Source: Gemmatimonadaceae bacterium (GTDB lineage Bacteria; Gemmatimonadota; Gemmatimonadetes; Gemmatimonadales; Gemmatimonadaceae). Taken from it: a DNA stretch of 64,000 nucleotides. Each line of letters starts with the position of its first letter. Within the stretch, counting starts at the first letter, position 1. Both the position numbers and the translations under genes were made by a program. Shown piece after piece: positions 49,258 to 58,306 of this stretch. The notes beneath the pieces were generated by a model, which saw only the letters and a list, made by a program, of their open reading frames with translations, made no database searches and had not been told where the DNA came from. Location of the stretch: the NCBI GenBank assembly GCA_035525855.1, contig DATLDN010000203.1, positions 4,737 through 68,736 on the forward strand. The letters are read 5' to 3'.

Positions 49258-49434
49258 ATGAAGGAATACCAGGCGGTGGTGATAAAGCTTACTTATCACA
49301 GTCGCGAGGACGAAGACACTCTCACCGATCTCCTCAATGAACGCAGCCGCGGAGGATGGGAGCCAGCGTTGATGTCACAGCACGACCAGCGTGTGACAAT
49401 CCTGTTCCAGCGAAGCGCGGTCGCAGAGGCATAG
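49258..49434 (+). CDS. Small DUF4177-like protein
   Basis: MKEYQAV...LNERSRGGWE...LFQR pattern. Confidence 0.6.
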   Translation: MKEYQAVVIKLTYHSREDEDTLTDLLNERSRGGWEPALMSQHDQRVTILFQRSAVAEA

Positions 49435-49440
49435 ACATCT

Positions 49441-50823
49441 TTGGAAATTGAATTTTATGGCGCAGCTCGTGAGGTCACCGGCTCATGCCACATTCTGCGC
49501 GTCAATGGCCGCACCGTCCTTCTGGACTGCGGAATGTTTCAGGGGAAACGCAGTGACGCGGATGAAAAAAATCGAACTCTTCCTGTACCGATCGCGGAAA
49601 TCGACAGTGTGGTGTTGTCACACGCCCACATCGACCATTCGGGACGACTACCCTATCTCGTAGCCCAAGGGTACAGCAAGACGATCTGGGCAACTGCAGC
49701 AACGCGAGACCTCGCAGCGGTGATGCTCGCCGATTCTGCACACATTCAGGAAAAAGACGCCGAGTTTCTTGTAAAAAGGCGCAAGGAATTTGTCGAGCCG
49801 CTCTACGGGATGCGACACGCTGTGCGCACGATGGAGCTAATGGTCGCGGTTCCGTATAACAAACCCTTCGACGTTGTACCTGGAGTACAGGGATGCTACG
49901 TCGACGCCGGTCACATACTCGGCTCAGCTTCTGTGATCCTCGATTGCACGGAAAACAATGAGCACAAGCGTCTCGTGTTTTCCGGCGATGTTGGTCGCTC
50001 AGGTCTGGCGATTATCAGAGATCCCGTTCCGCCTAAGGGAGCGCATGAGCTGATAATGGAATCCACTTACGGCGATCGAGATCACGAATCCGTCGATGGT
50101 GCTAAAGCGAGGCTCGCGGAAATCGTTCGGGAAACAGCTGCACGTGGTGGGCGAGTTCTGATTCCCGCTTTCGCGGTCGGACGTACTCAGGAAATCATCT
50201 ATAACCTTCATTCGCTTATTAGAGAATCGGCAATACCGTCGATTCCGATCTATGTGGACAGTCCGCTCGCCATCGACACGACGACCGTTTTCGCGATGCA
50301 TCCGGAGACGTTCGATCAATCGGAAGACATGGTACGAAAGGTTCGCGAGCTATTTGATTTTCCTCTTGTTCACTACACGCGTGACGTGGAGGAATCAAAA
50401 GCATTGGCACATATGCACGGGCCGATGATCATCATTGCAGCATCAGGGATGGCTGAGGCGGGGCGCATCCTTCACCACCTCGCGCAAGGCGCGTCGGATC
50501 CAAAGAATACGATTCTCATAGTTGGCTTTCAGGCGGAGCACACGCTCGGCAGACGAATCGTCGAGAAATCCCCAATGCTCAAGATCTTCGGCGACGAGGT
50601 TCCGCTTCGAGCAAAGGTCGAGGTCATTAACGGTTACAGCGCTCACGCAGATAGATCCGAGCTTTCCACGTGGCTGGATGCTGTACATGCTGGATCGCCG
50701 GAGCTTTCGAAAATCCATCTGGTGCATGGGGAGCCACACGCACAAGAAGCGTTGCAGGCATCGCTCGTTGCCAAAGGCTACCAAGTCGACAGCCCGGAGC
50801 CACACGCACGAATTGCCTTCTAG
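49441..50823 (+). CDS. MBL/beta-CASP RNA-processing nuclease
   Basis: SHAHIDH, AGHILGS, MESTYG, AVGRTQE, SAHAD and VHGE motifs. Confidence 0.92.
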   Translation: MEIEFYGAAREVTGSCHILRVNGRTVLLDCGMFQGKRSDADEKNRTLPVPIAEIDSVVLSHAHIDHSGRLPYLVAQGYSKTIWATAATRDLAAVMLADSAHIQEKDAEFLVKRRKEFVEPLYGMRHAVRTMELMVAVPYNKPFDVVPGVQGCYVDAGHILGSASVILDCTENNEHKRLVFSGDVGRSGLAIIRDPVPPKGAHELIMESTYGDRDHESVDGAKARLAEIVRETAARGGRVLIPAFAVGRTQEIIYNLHSLIRESAIPSIPIYVDSPLAIDTTTVFAMHPETFDQSEDMVRKVRELFDFPLVHYTRDVEESKALAHMHGPMIIIAASGMAEAGRILHHLAQGASDPKNTILIVGFQAEHTLGRRIVEKSPMLKIFGDEVPLRAKVEVINGYSAHADRSELSTWLDAVHAGSPELSKIHLVHGEPHAQEALQASLVAKGYQVDSPEPHARIAF

Positions 50824-50836
50824 CTAGCTTCTACCG

Positions 50837-51439
50837 ATGGCGAAAGTTCGCACGGTCCGGATGCTAGTGGCGAGCACAATTGCTACGCTGATCGTATTCT
50901 GGGCCGGATGGATGGCTGCAGTGCTGGTGTGGAGTATTCTCGATCAAGCTCGGCCGGCTGAATCCATAGTTGTGCTTGGCGCAGCTCAATACGATGGTCG
51001 TCCGTCGCCAGTTCTGCGCGCGAGACTCGATCACGCGGTCGAGCTTTGGAATCATCGCCTCGCGACGATTGTGATTCTCACGGGTGGAAGAGGCAACGGC
51101 GATACGACCAGCGAAGCAGCTGTGGGACGGCGGTATGTCAGACGCCATGGAGTTCCTGAAGGAGCGATTCTTCTAGAGAATGAAGGACGAACGACTCGCG
51201 AATCGCTGCAGGCCGTATCCCGAATATTGAAGGACCGCGGCATGAAGAGCGCGATTCTGGTGAGCGATCCTTTTCATATGCTGAGACTCTGGATTCTGAG
51301 CCGTCGGTTCGGGTTCACTGCGTATACATCACCTACAAAGACAAGTCCTATCTCACCCAACCGGGAAGCGCGTTGGCGATACATGCTCGGTGAGTCAGTG
51401 AAGGCTCCCATGACATTCCTGTTCGAAAATACGAAGTAA
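50837..51439 (+). CDS. YdcF/DUF218 family protein
   Basis: IVVLGA, TGG, SEA and SDPFHMLR motifs. Confidence 0.9.
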   Translation: MAKVRTVRMLVASTIATLIVFWAGWMAAVLVWSILDQARPAESIVVLGAAQYDGRPSPVLRARLDHAVELWNHRLATIVILTGGRGNGDTTSEAAVGRRYVRRHGVPEGAILLENEGRTTRESLQAVSRILKDRGMKSAILVSDPFHMLRLWILSRRFGFTAYTSPTKTSPISPNREARWRYMLGESVKAPMTFLFENTK

Positions 51440-51466
51440 TTCGTATCAATACGTTACCAATATACC

Positions 51467-52771
51467 ATGCGTATTCCAATTGAAACGTTTCGGCTGGATA
51501 ACGGACTCTTCGTTACACTTTCTGAAGACCGGACAGCCCCAATTGTAGCGGTCAACCTCTGGTATCACGTCGGGTCCGCTAACGAGCGACCCGGAAAATC
51601 AGGATTCGCTCACCTATTCGAGCACATGCTTTTCCAGGGATCGGAGCACGTTGGATCGAACGAACATTTCGAGCTGATTCAACGCGCTGGCGGAACACTC
51701 AACGGATCAACCTGGCTCGAGCGAACAAACTACTTCGAGACAGTTCCGTCGAATCAGCTTGCACTCGCGTTGTGGCTCGAAGCTGATCGAATGGCAAACC
51801 TTCTGCCCGCGATGACGCAGGAGAAACTCGACAATCAACGTGATGTCGTGAAGAACGAACGGCGCTGGTCGATCGACAATCAGCCATACGGAACGTGGGT
51901 CGAGAGGCTAACCGCGCTAACGTTTCCCGAAACTCATCCATTTCACCATTCGTTGATTGGCTCGATGGAAGATCTGTCCGCTGCGTCACTCGAAGATGTC
52001 GCGCAATTCTTCCGGACCTACTATACGCCCGATAACGCGGTGCTTTCGATTGCAGGCGACTTCGACCCTGCAGAAGCGAAGGATCTGGTCAACCGGTACT
52101 TCGGAGGAATTGCGCGAGGCAGGGGCAGGCCTGCACTACCACCAATGGAATTACCCAGGGTGTTTGGGAGAGCGATCAGGGAAGTGGTAAGTGATGACGT
52201 TGCGCTGTCGAGGCTGTATCTCGCGTTTCGCTCACCGGTCTTTGGAAGCGACGCTTACTACGCGGCTAGCGTAGCTGGAGCAATTCTCGGAATGCGGAGA
52301 GGAAGTCGTCTGCACAGGTCGCTCGTACGTGAACGACAAATTGCTGCTGATGCGGCAACGTTTACCTTCGACCTCGCGAAGGGCACCGACATTCTTGTTG
52401 CAGACGTGATGGGTAGACCCGAGACTACTCCGGAGCAACTCGAAGAAGAAGTCGGAAAAGAGATCGATCGGTTCATAGAAGAGGGCGCCAGCGATATAGA
52501 AGTAAATCGCGCAGTCGCATTGATACAAACAGACATTGTTACCGCACTTCAGGCTGCGAGCGAGCGGGCTGACCGCTTGTCAATGTTCGCGACATTTTTT
52601 GGGTCGCCGGAATTGCTTAACGAGCAATCCGACAAATACCGCGGCGTGACGGTACGACAGGTCAATGAATTTGCGCGGTCATCGCTGGGGGAAGACAATC
52701 GCGCCACGCTGTTGTTCGTGCCGAAGAGCCAGGCTGATGGTGAAGGTGACGATCAACCCGTCGCGGCATGA
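51467..52771 (+). CDS. M16 peptidase family, catalytic subunit
   Basis: GFAHLFEHM and VVKNERR motifs; no signal peptide. Confidence 0.92.
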   Translation: MRIPIETFRLDNGLFVTLSEDRTAPIVAVNLWYHVGSANERPGKSGFAHLFEHMLFQGSEHVGSNEHFELIQRAGGTLNGSTWLERTNYFETVPSNQLALALWLEADRMANLLPAMTQEKLDNQRDVVKNERRWSIDNQPYGTWVERLTALTFPETHPFHHSLIGSMEDLSAASLEDVAQFFRTYYTPDNAVLSIAGDFDPAEAKDLVNRYFGGIARGRGRPALPPMELPRVFGRAIREVVSDDVALSRLYLAFRSPVFGSDAYYAASVAGAILGMRRGSRLHRSLVRERQIAADAATFTFDLAKGTDILVADVMGRPETTPEQLEEEVGKEIDRFIEEGASDIEVNRAVALIQTDIVTALQAASERADRLSMFATFFGSPELLNEQSDKYRGVTVRQVNEFARSSLGEDNRATLLFVPKSQADGEGDDQPVAA

Positions 52772-54126
52772 CGCTCGCAATTCGTCCAGCACCCGGCCCC
52801 TCGCGCGAATATCATTTTCCTGAATTCTCGCGACATGTGATGGCTAACGGCCTGAAGGTCATTGTCGCACCAGTTCATAAGCTTCCTGTCGTAACACTGG
52901 TTGCAGTGGTGGATGCTGGTGCCATTGCCGACCCGACGGGATTCGAGGGACTGGCTCAGATCACTGCAGAAGCGCTGCGAGAGGGAACTGAAAAGAAAAA
53001 CGGAATCGAGATTCTCGAGGGATTCGAGCGTCTCGGGTCCTCGCTCGAAGCAGGTGCAGATTGGGATAGCACGCTCGTTAGCATCACGCTTCTCTCCGAG
53101 CATTTAAAAGAAGGTCTTTCGCTGATGGCCGAAGTGCTTACAGAGCCATCGTTCCCATCAGGCGAAATTGAGCGGTTAAAGGCGGAGCGTCTCGCGGAGC
53201 GATTGCAGATTCTCTCAGAGCCGCGCGGATTAGCGGATGAATCATTTTCCAGGCTTTTGTATTCATCCGGGTCGAGATACGCCGAGCCAATCGGTGGAAC
53301 GAGCGTCTCAATCGCAGCTGTTACGCGCGCGGATGTAGTCGAGTTCTTCGAAACACGATACACGCCTCGAACGGTCACGATGATTATGACAGGAGACGTG
53401 GAGGTCAACCAAGCGCTTGCACTTTTAAACGATGCGTTTGGCAACTGGGAGGCGAAGGCCGCTGCTCCTCACAAGGACCTGGAGAAGGAAGCTCCTACAA
53501 CGCGAAGTGTCGAGATAGTCAGTAAGTCAGATGCAGCCCAGGTTGAGCTAAGGCTCGGGCATTTGGGAATTCCGCGTACGCATCCCGATTATTTCAGCGT
53601 CGTCGTCATGAATGCGCTGCTTGGCGGCCTTTTTTCGTCGCGCATCAATTTGAATTTGCGAGAACGTCACGGTTACACGTACGGAGCTTCGTCATACTTC
53701 GATTGGCGACGGAACAGTGGGCCGTTTGTAATATCTACCGCGATTCAGAGCGAAGTGACCGCCGACGCGCTTCGTGAGTGCATCACCGAGATCGATGGAA
53801 TGCGAAGCCAGGAAGTTTCTGCGGATGAGCTCTCGCTGGCGACGAACTATCTCGACGGTGTTTTTCCAATTCGGTACGAGACGACATCCGCGATTGCATC
53901 GGCGCTCGCCAACATGGTCGTGTTCGATCTGCCGAATGATTTCTACAACACATATCGCGCAAATATTCGCGCGGTTACGCCTGCCGACGTGTTAGCGGCT
54001 GCGAAAACTCACGTTCATCCAGATCGTTTACGCGCTGTAGTCGTTGGTGATCCGGGGGTAATAAAGGAGTCGCTCGAAAAGCTCAGCTTTGGCCAGGTGA
54101 TGGTTCACGCACCAAGCGATAAGTGA
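52768..54126 (+). CDS. M16 peptidase family, non-catalytic subunit
   Basis: LGGLFSSRINLNLRERHGYTY; no HXXEH. Confidence 0.9.
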   Translation: MTLAIRPAPGPSREYHFPEFSRHVMANGLKVIVAPVHKLPVVTLVAVVDAGAIADPTGFEGLAQITAEALREGTEKKNGIEILEGFERLGSSLEAGADWDSTLVSITLLSEHLKEGLSLMAEVLTEPSFPSGEIERLKAERLAERLQILSEPRGLADESFSRLLYSSGSRYAEPIGGTSVSIAAVTRADVVEFFETRYTPRTVTMIMTGDVEVNQALALLNDAFGNWEAKAAAPHKDLEKEAPTTRSVEIVSKSDAAQVELRLGHLGIPRTHPDYFSVVVMNALLGGLFSSRINLNLRERHGYTYGASSYFDWRRNSGPFVISTAIQSEVTADALRECITEIDGMRSQEVSADELSLATNYLDGVFPIRYETTSAIASALANMVVFDLPNDFYNTYRANIRAVTPADVLAAAKTHVHPDRLRAVVVGDPGVIKESLEKLSFGQVMVHAPSDK

Positions 54127-54677
54127 CCGCGGAGCGCGAGCCGGGAAAAATCTCGTCGCGCCGGGTGTACGATGGTCGCATCATTTCAGTCGACGTTGAC
54201 ACTGTCCGTTTTCCGGACGGCAGCACCGGCGAGCTCGAAATGGTTCGGCATTCAGGTGCGAGCGCAGTCGTCCCGGTTTTGAGCGGCGGGTCCAATCCCG
54301 AGATTCTGCTGATCAGGCAGTACCGGTATGCGGCCGATGGGTTCGTGTTCGAAATTCCGGCGGGCCGGCTCGACAAAGGCGAGGCCCCCGAGGTCTGCGC
54401 AGCAAGAGAGCTTCGCGAGGAGACCGGATATTCCGCCGAAAAATTTCGCCAGCTCACCACTATCTATACGACACCCGGCTTTACGGACGAACGGATCCAC
54501 CTTTTTGTCGCCGAAGGGCTGAGCCCCCGCGAGGATGCCCGTGAGCGGGACGAGTTCATGGAACTCTATCCGGTCTCGCTTTCCCAGGCAGTCGAGATGA
54601 TTCGCTCCGGGGAAATCGTGGACGGGAAGACCGCCATCGCACTTCTACTAACCTCGCTGCAACCGGAAAGGCAGTAA
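54123..54677 (+). CDS. NUDIX hydrolase (ADP-ribose pyrophosphatase-like)
   Basis: PAGRLDKGE...AARELREETG Nudix box; TPGFTDE. Confidence 0.9.
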   Translation: MTAEREPGKISSRRVYDGRIISVDVDTVRFPDGSTGELEMVRHSGASAVVPVLSGGSNPEILLIRQYRYAADGFVFEIPAGRLDKGEAPEVCAARELREETGYSAEKFRQLTTIYTTPGFTDERIHLFVAEGLSPREDARERDEFMELYPVSLSQAVEMIRSGEIVDGKTAIALLLTSLQPERQ

Positions 54678-54936
54678 ACCCCCCGGCAGCGTCTGGGCTC
54701 TAATAGACGTATATAAAGAAGTAGAAGTCTGCCTGTCTTGAATTGGGGACACCAGGGAGCGCCACACGAGACATACCGATTGTCTCTGTCAGCTAACCCG
54801 TTGTGGCAGATAGATTTAGTAGACCAGGCACGATGGGCACACCCCGTGCATTTAAGAGGCTGGCCGAGGGCTTTTACACCGAAAATGTGTGCAAGTTCTG
54901 GAAGAGGCGGAGTCTCAATCTTTAAAGGAAGGAATC

Positions 54937-55575
54937 ATGAGAAGCATTGTTCGTAAGCAAGAGATTCCGAGCCAGGGAACGACCGTCAGGGAAAAGCTAC
55001 GGGCGATGGATGATTCTGCCGTCGTCACGGCGTTTCTGGGTGGCGAGGAAAGGGCTTTCTCGGAACTAGTGGAGCGGTACCAAACCCGTCTCCTGAACTT
55101 CATATACCGCACGATCGGCGACCGTGAGAAATCCGAAGATCTGGTGCAGGAGGTCTTCATTCGTGTGTATCGCCATCTGCATCGATTCGACAGGTCGAAG
55201 AAGTTCTCGACGTGGGCTTACACGATTGCCTCAAACCTTGCGAAGAACGAGCTGCGCAACCGATCGCGTAACCCGCTCGTGCTGATGCAGACCGTTCAGA
55301 AGAACTGGCAGGACGACGATCGTCCGCTTCAGTTCGAGGATGCAACGTCACGACCGGATGACATGTATCGCAAGCGTCATCTTCGTGAGATCGTCGAAGA
55401 GTCAGTTGCAAAGCTCCCTGAGCATCACAGACATGTCTTTGTCCTTCGCGAGCTCGAGGGAAAGTCGTATGAAGAGATTGCCGAGATAACGGATTGCAAC
55501 CTTGGAACGGTGAAGTCGAGGTTGAACCGGGCAAGAAATTCGTTCGCGGAGATTGTTGCGCCATATATGGACTAG
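54937..55575 (+). CDS. ECF RNA polymerase sigma factor
   Basis: EDLVQEVF, FSTW and SYEEIA...GTVKSRLNRAR motifs; alternative GTG start at 54889. Confidence 0.95.
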   Translation: MRSIVRKQEIPSQGTTVREKLRAMDDSAVVTAFLGGEERAFSELVERYQTRLLNFIYRTIGDREKSEDLVQEVFIRVYRHLHRFDRSKKFSTWAYTIASNLAKNELRNRSRNPLVLMQTVQKNWQDDDRPLQFEDATSRPDDMYRKRHLREIVEESVAKLPEHHRHVFVLRELEGKSYEEIAEITDCNLGTVKSRLNRARNSFAEIVAPYMD

Positions 55576-55643
55576 AGGTTATTCAATTGACGGAACCAGT
55601 GCCCGGAAAACGGGTACTGGTATCCGAACCTCCACCCAGCCCC

Positions 55644-56171
55644 ATGGATTGCCGCGAGTTCCAAGACAACCATTTTGCGTTCATCGACGATACGCTCTCA
55701 GGTATCGAGCTTGTCGCGATGCAACGCCACATTTCAGAGTGTAGCAACTGCGCCGATCACGATACGCGTGTACGGCGCTCGCTTTTGCTCTTCCGCAACC
55801 TGCCGAGAATAGAGCCGTCCGCTGATTTTTCCGAGCGTTTGAATGCTCGTTTGCGCGCTCTCAAGGAAGAAGAGAAGGCAGCGTCATTCCATCACTCCAC
55901 AAAGTTCGCCGCGACTGTCGCAATTACGAGCATCCTCATGCTCGGCTATATCGGCAGCTCTTTGCGAGATGTCGATGTTCCGCAGGACATAGTGTTTCCG
56001 CCTGTTGTAGCGACTCTCCCTGAACAGGAAGCGGCGCCCATTACGATGCCGGCAGCTGCTCTTGTGGCTTCCGCGGCGGCGGGTCTCCCGATTTGGACTG
56101 CCGCTCTCTATGCCGAGGTGCAGCCCGTTCATTTTGCTTCAGCGGATCTGCGTCTAGCCAGCAGTCACTAG
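55644..56171 (+). CDS. zf-HC2 anti-sigma factor
   Basis: MDC...HISECSNC (HxxxCxxC) plus a TM helix, downstream of the ECF sigma. Confidence 0.85.
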   Translation: MDCREFQDNHFAFIDDTLSGIELVAMQRHISECSNCADHDTRVRRSLLLFRNLPRIEPSADFSERLNARLRALKEEEKAASFHHSTKFAATVAITSILMLGYIGSSLRDVDVPQDIVFPPVVATLPEQEAAPITMPAAALVASAAAGLPIWTAALYAEVQPVHFASADLRLASSH

Positions 56172-56208
56172 CAGCCGCCGGTTTCAGCCGGCGATTTTAT
56201 ATTCCAGC

Positions 56209-57267
56209 ATGCCAAGCAACGCGCTCAAAACCCTCAGGGAGACTTTGAAGCGCGGATCGCAAGCCGGCGCGTATTACATCTGCGGCGAAGACGATTTTCA
56301 AAAAGACGACGCGACAAAAACATTAATCGCCGCAGCGATCGATCCTGCAGTTCGCGATTTCAATCTCGATGTACTCCGCGGTTCTGAGGTGGAGTCGCGC
56401 GCATTCGAGGGGATTGTGTCGTCTATTCCAATGATGGCGGACGTGCGCGTTGTTGTGATTCGCGATGTAGGGTCGCTGAAAAAAGATGCGCGCAAAGCGG
56501 TAGATCGATATCTCACGAATCCATCGACTGACGTTGTGTTGCTGCTCGTCGAATCCAGTGGCGGAAAAACCGACAAGGATCTCGCTTCTGCAGCGACTGT
56601 CCTGGAATTTCATCCGCTCCGAGATGATGAAGTGCCGGCGTGGATTACGAAGCGCGCGATGAGTGATTTCAAAGTGCATATATCGCTCGGTGCAGCTGAG
56701 CTTCTGTACAATGCAGCGGGGAACGATCTAAATCTGCTGATGACGGAGCTGGATAAGCTCGTGAGCTTTACAGGCGGTCTCGAGATTACCGATGATGCTG
56801 TTGCTGCCGTTACCGGAATCCGTCGCGGTGAGACGATTACGGATTTGCTCGACAAAATCGGGCGACGCGATACGACCGGAGCGCTCGCCCTGGTAGAACA
56901 CGTATTGTCTCAGCCGAAAGCCTCCGCAGTGCAGCTCGTGATGTTGCTTTCAGTGCAAACGCTTGCGATTGCATGGGGCAGAGCGAAAATCGATGAAGGT
57001 TTTCCCTCGGGACGATTACAGAGCGCATATTTTGATTTGCTCAAGCAAGCCGGTTCAGTTTATCTCGGGCGATCGTGGACCTCCGCAGCGTCCGCGTGGG
57101 CATCGATGGCCAACACCTGGGATCGCGCGTCACTGGATCGCGCGATGGATGCGCTGCTTACAGCTGACGTTACGCTGAAGGAGACGCGTCTTTCTTCAGA
57201 AGAACAAGTTGTTACAACCCTCATTCTGGAAATGTGTGCCAGCGATGAGAATCGAATTGCCGCGTAG
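56209..57267 (+). CDS. holA: DNA polymerase III delta subunit
   Basis: YYICGEDDF, DFN, PMMA..RVVVI, ELDKL and DVTLK motifs. Confidence 0.88.
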   Translation: MPSNALKTLRETLKRGSQAGAYYICGEDDFQKDDATKTLIAAAIDPAVRDFNLDVLRGSEVESRAFEGIVSSIPMMADVRVVVIRDVGSLKKDARKAVDRYLTNPSTDVVLLLVESSGGKTDKDLASAATVLEFHPLRDDEVPAWITKRAMSDFKVHISLGAAELLYNAAGNDLNLLMTELDKLVSFTGGLEITDDAVAAVTGIRRGETITDLLDKIGRRDTTGALALVEHVLSQPKASAVQLVMLLSVQTLAIAWGRAKIDEGFPSGRLQSAYFDLLKQAGSVYLGRSWTSAASAWASMANTWDRASLDRAMDALLTADVTLKETRLSSEEQVVTTLILEMCASDENRIAA

Positions 57268-57280
57268 AAGGGAGTAATAA

Positions 57281-58306
57281 ATGTCAAAGAAGTTGCTGGT
57301 TATGCTGTGTGTTGTGATGCCGGTTGTGGCTTCCGCGCAAACAGCTTCGGATAGCGCCGCGTACAAACGTGCACAGATGCTTGTAAATGATGGCAACGCC
57401 ACGGCTGGACGCGCGATCGTTGATTCGCTGATCGCGAATGCGGCGGCAGGGAGTCGGGCGTATGCAGAAGGTTTGTATTGGCGCGGAGTACTCGCACCAA
57501 CGGCATCCGATGCGGAGATGGATTATCGGCGAATCATTGTCGACTATCCTGTTTCACCGCGTGTGGAAGATGTTCTTCTGCGTCTTGCACAGCTCGAGCT
57601 CGCACGTGCCGATTATGATGGCGCTCTACAACACCTGAACCGATTGACGCTCGAACATCCAACAGGTACGACGAGAGCGCGAGCAGGGTACTGGACTGCG
57701 CGCGTGCTGTTTGAGAAAAACGATACGCAACGAGCATGCGCTGCAAACGCTGATGCTCTCGCTCGAACCAGTCCGGAAGACGCAGAGCTTCGGAATCAGA
57801 TCAACTATCTGAACCAGAGATGCGCCGGGGTTGTTCTCACTTCACCATCGACTGTCCAGACGGCCGCTGTTGATTCGGCGTCCGGTGCGACCACAGTGAC
57901 GGTGGCCCCTCCTCCGGCGGCACCCGTCGCTGTCCCGCCACCAGCGCCTGCATCGAAACCGCCGATGCAACTGCCCGCAACGCCGAGAGATGGAAAACCA
58001 TCGATAGTGCGAGATGAATTACCCGCACCAAAACCGACTTCGATTAAAGCGCCTACTCCGGTTTCGAGCTCATCGAAGTCAGTTGGATATTCGGTTCAGG
58101 TTGCTGCGTACAATGTGAAGTCGCAGGCTGATGCGATGGCAGCGAAGCTCAAGAACAAGGGATACGAAGCGCGAGTATCCGGAACAACGAAGCCGTTCCG
58201 CGTACGAATTGGACATTACGCAACTGAAGCGCAGGCAAACGCGGTGATGCGCTCGCTCAAGGCAAAGCAGATCAACGGATTCGTGGTGAAGGCCGAGACG
58301 CAGTGA
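57281..58306 (+). CDS. Exported TPR + SPOR domain protein
   Basis: Signal peptide, TPR-like helices, Pro-rich linker, YSVQVAAY...FRVRIG SPOR domain. Confidence 0.88.
   Translation: MSKKLLVMLCVVMPVVASAQTASDSAAYKRAQMLVNDGNATAGRAIVDSLIANAAAGSRAYAEGLYWRGVLAPTASDAEMDYRRIIVDYPVSPRVEDVLLRLAQLELARADYDGALQHLNRLTLEHPTGTTRARAGYWTARVLFEKNDTQRACAANADALARTSPEDAELRNQINYLNQRCAGVVLTSPSTVQTAAVDSASGATTVTVAPPPAAPVAVPPPAPASKPPMQLPATPRDGKPSIVRDELPAPKPTSIKAPTPVSSSSKSVGYSVQVAAYNVKSQADAMAAKLKNKGYEARVSGTTKPFRVRIGHYATEAQANAVMRSLKAKQINGFVVKAETQ

Noticed and set aside
54738-54956. 72-aa ORF upstream of the ECF sigma gene
   Set aside because: TTG start, no RBS or motif; more likely regulatory DNA
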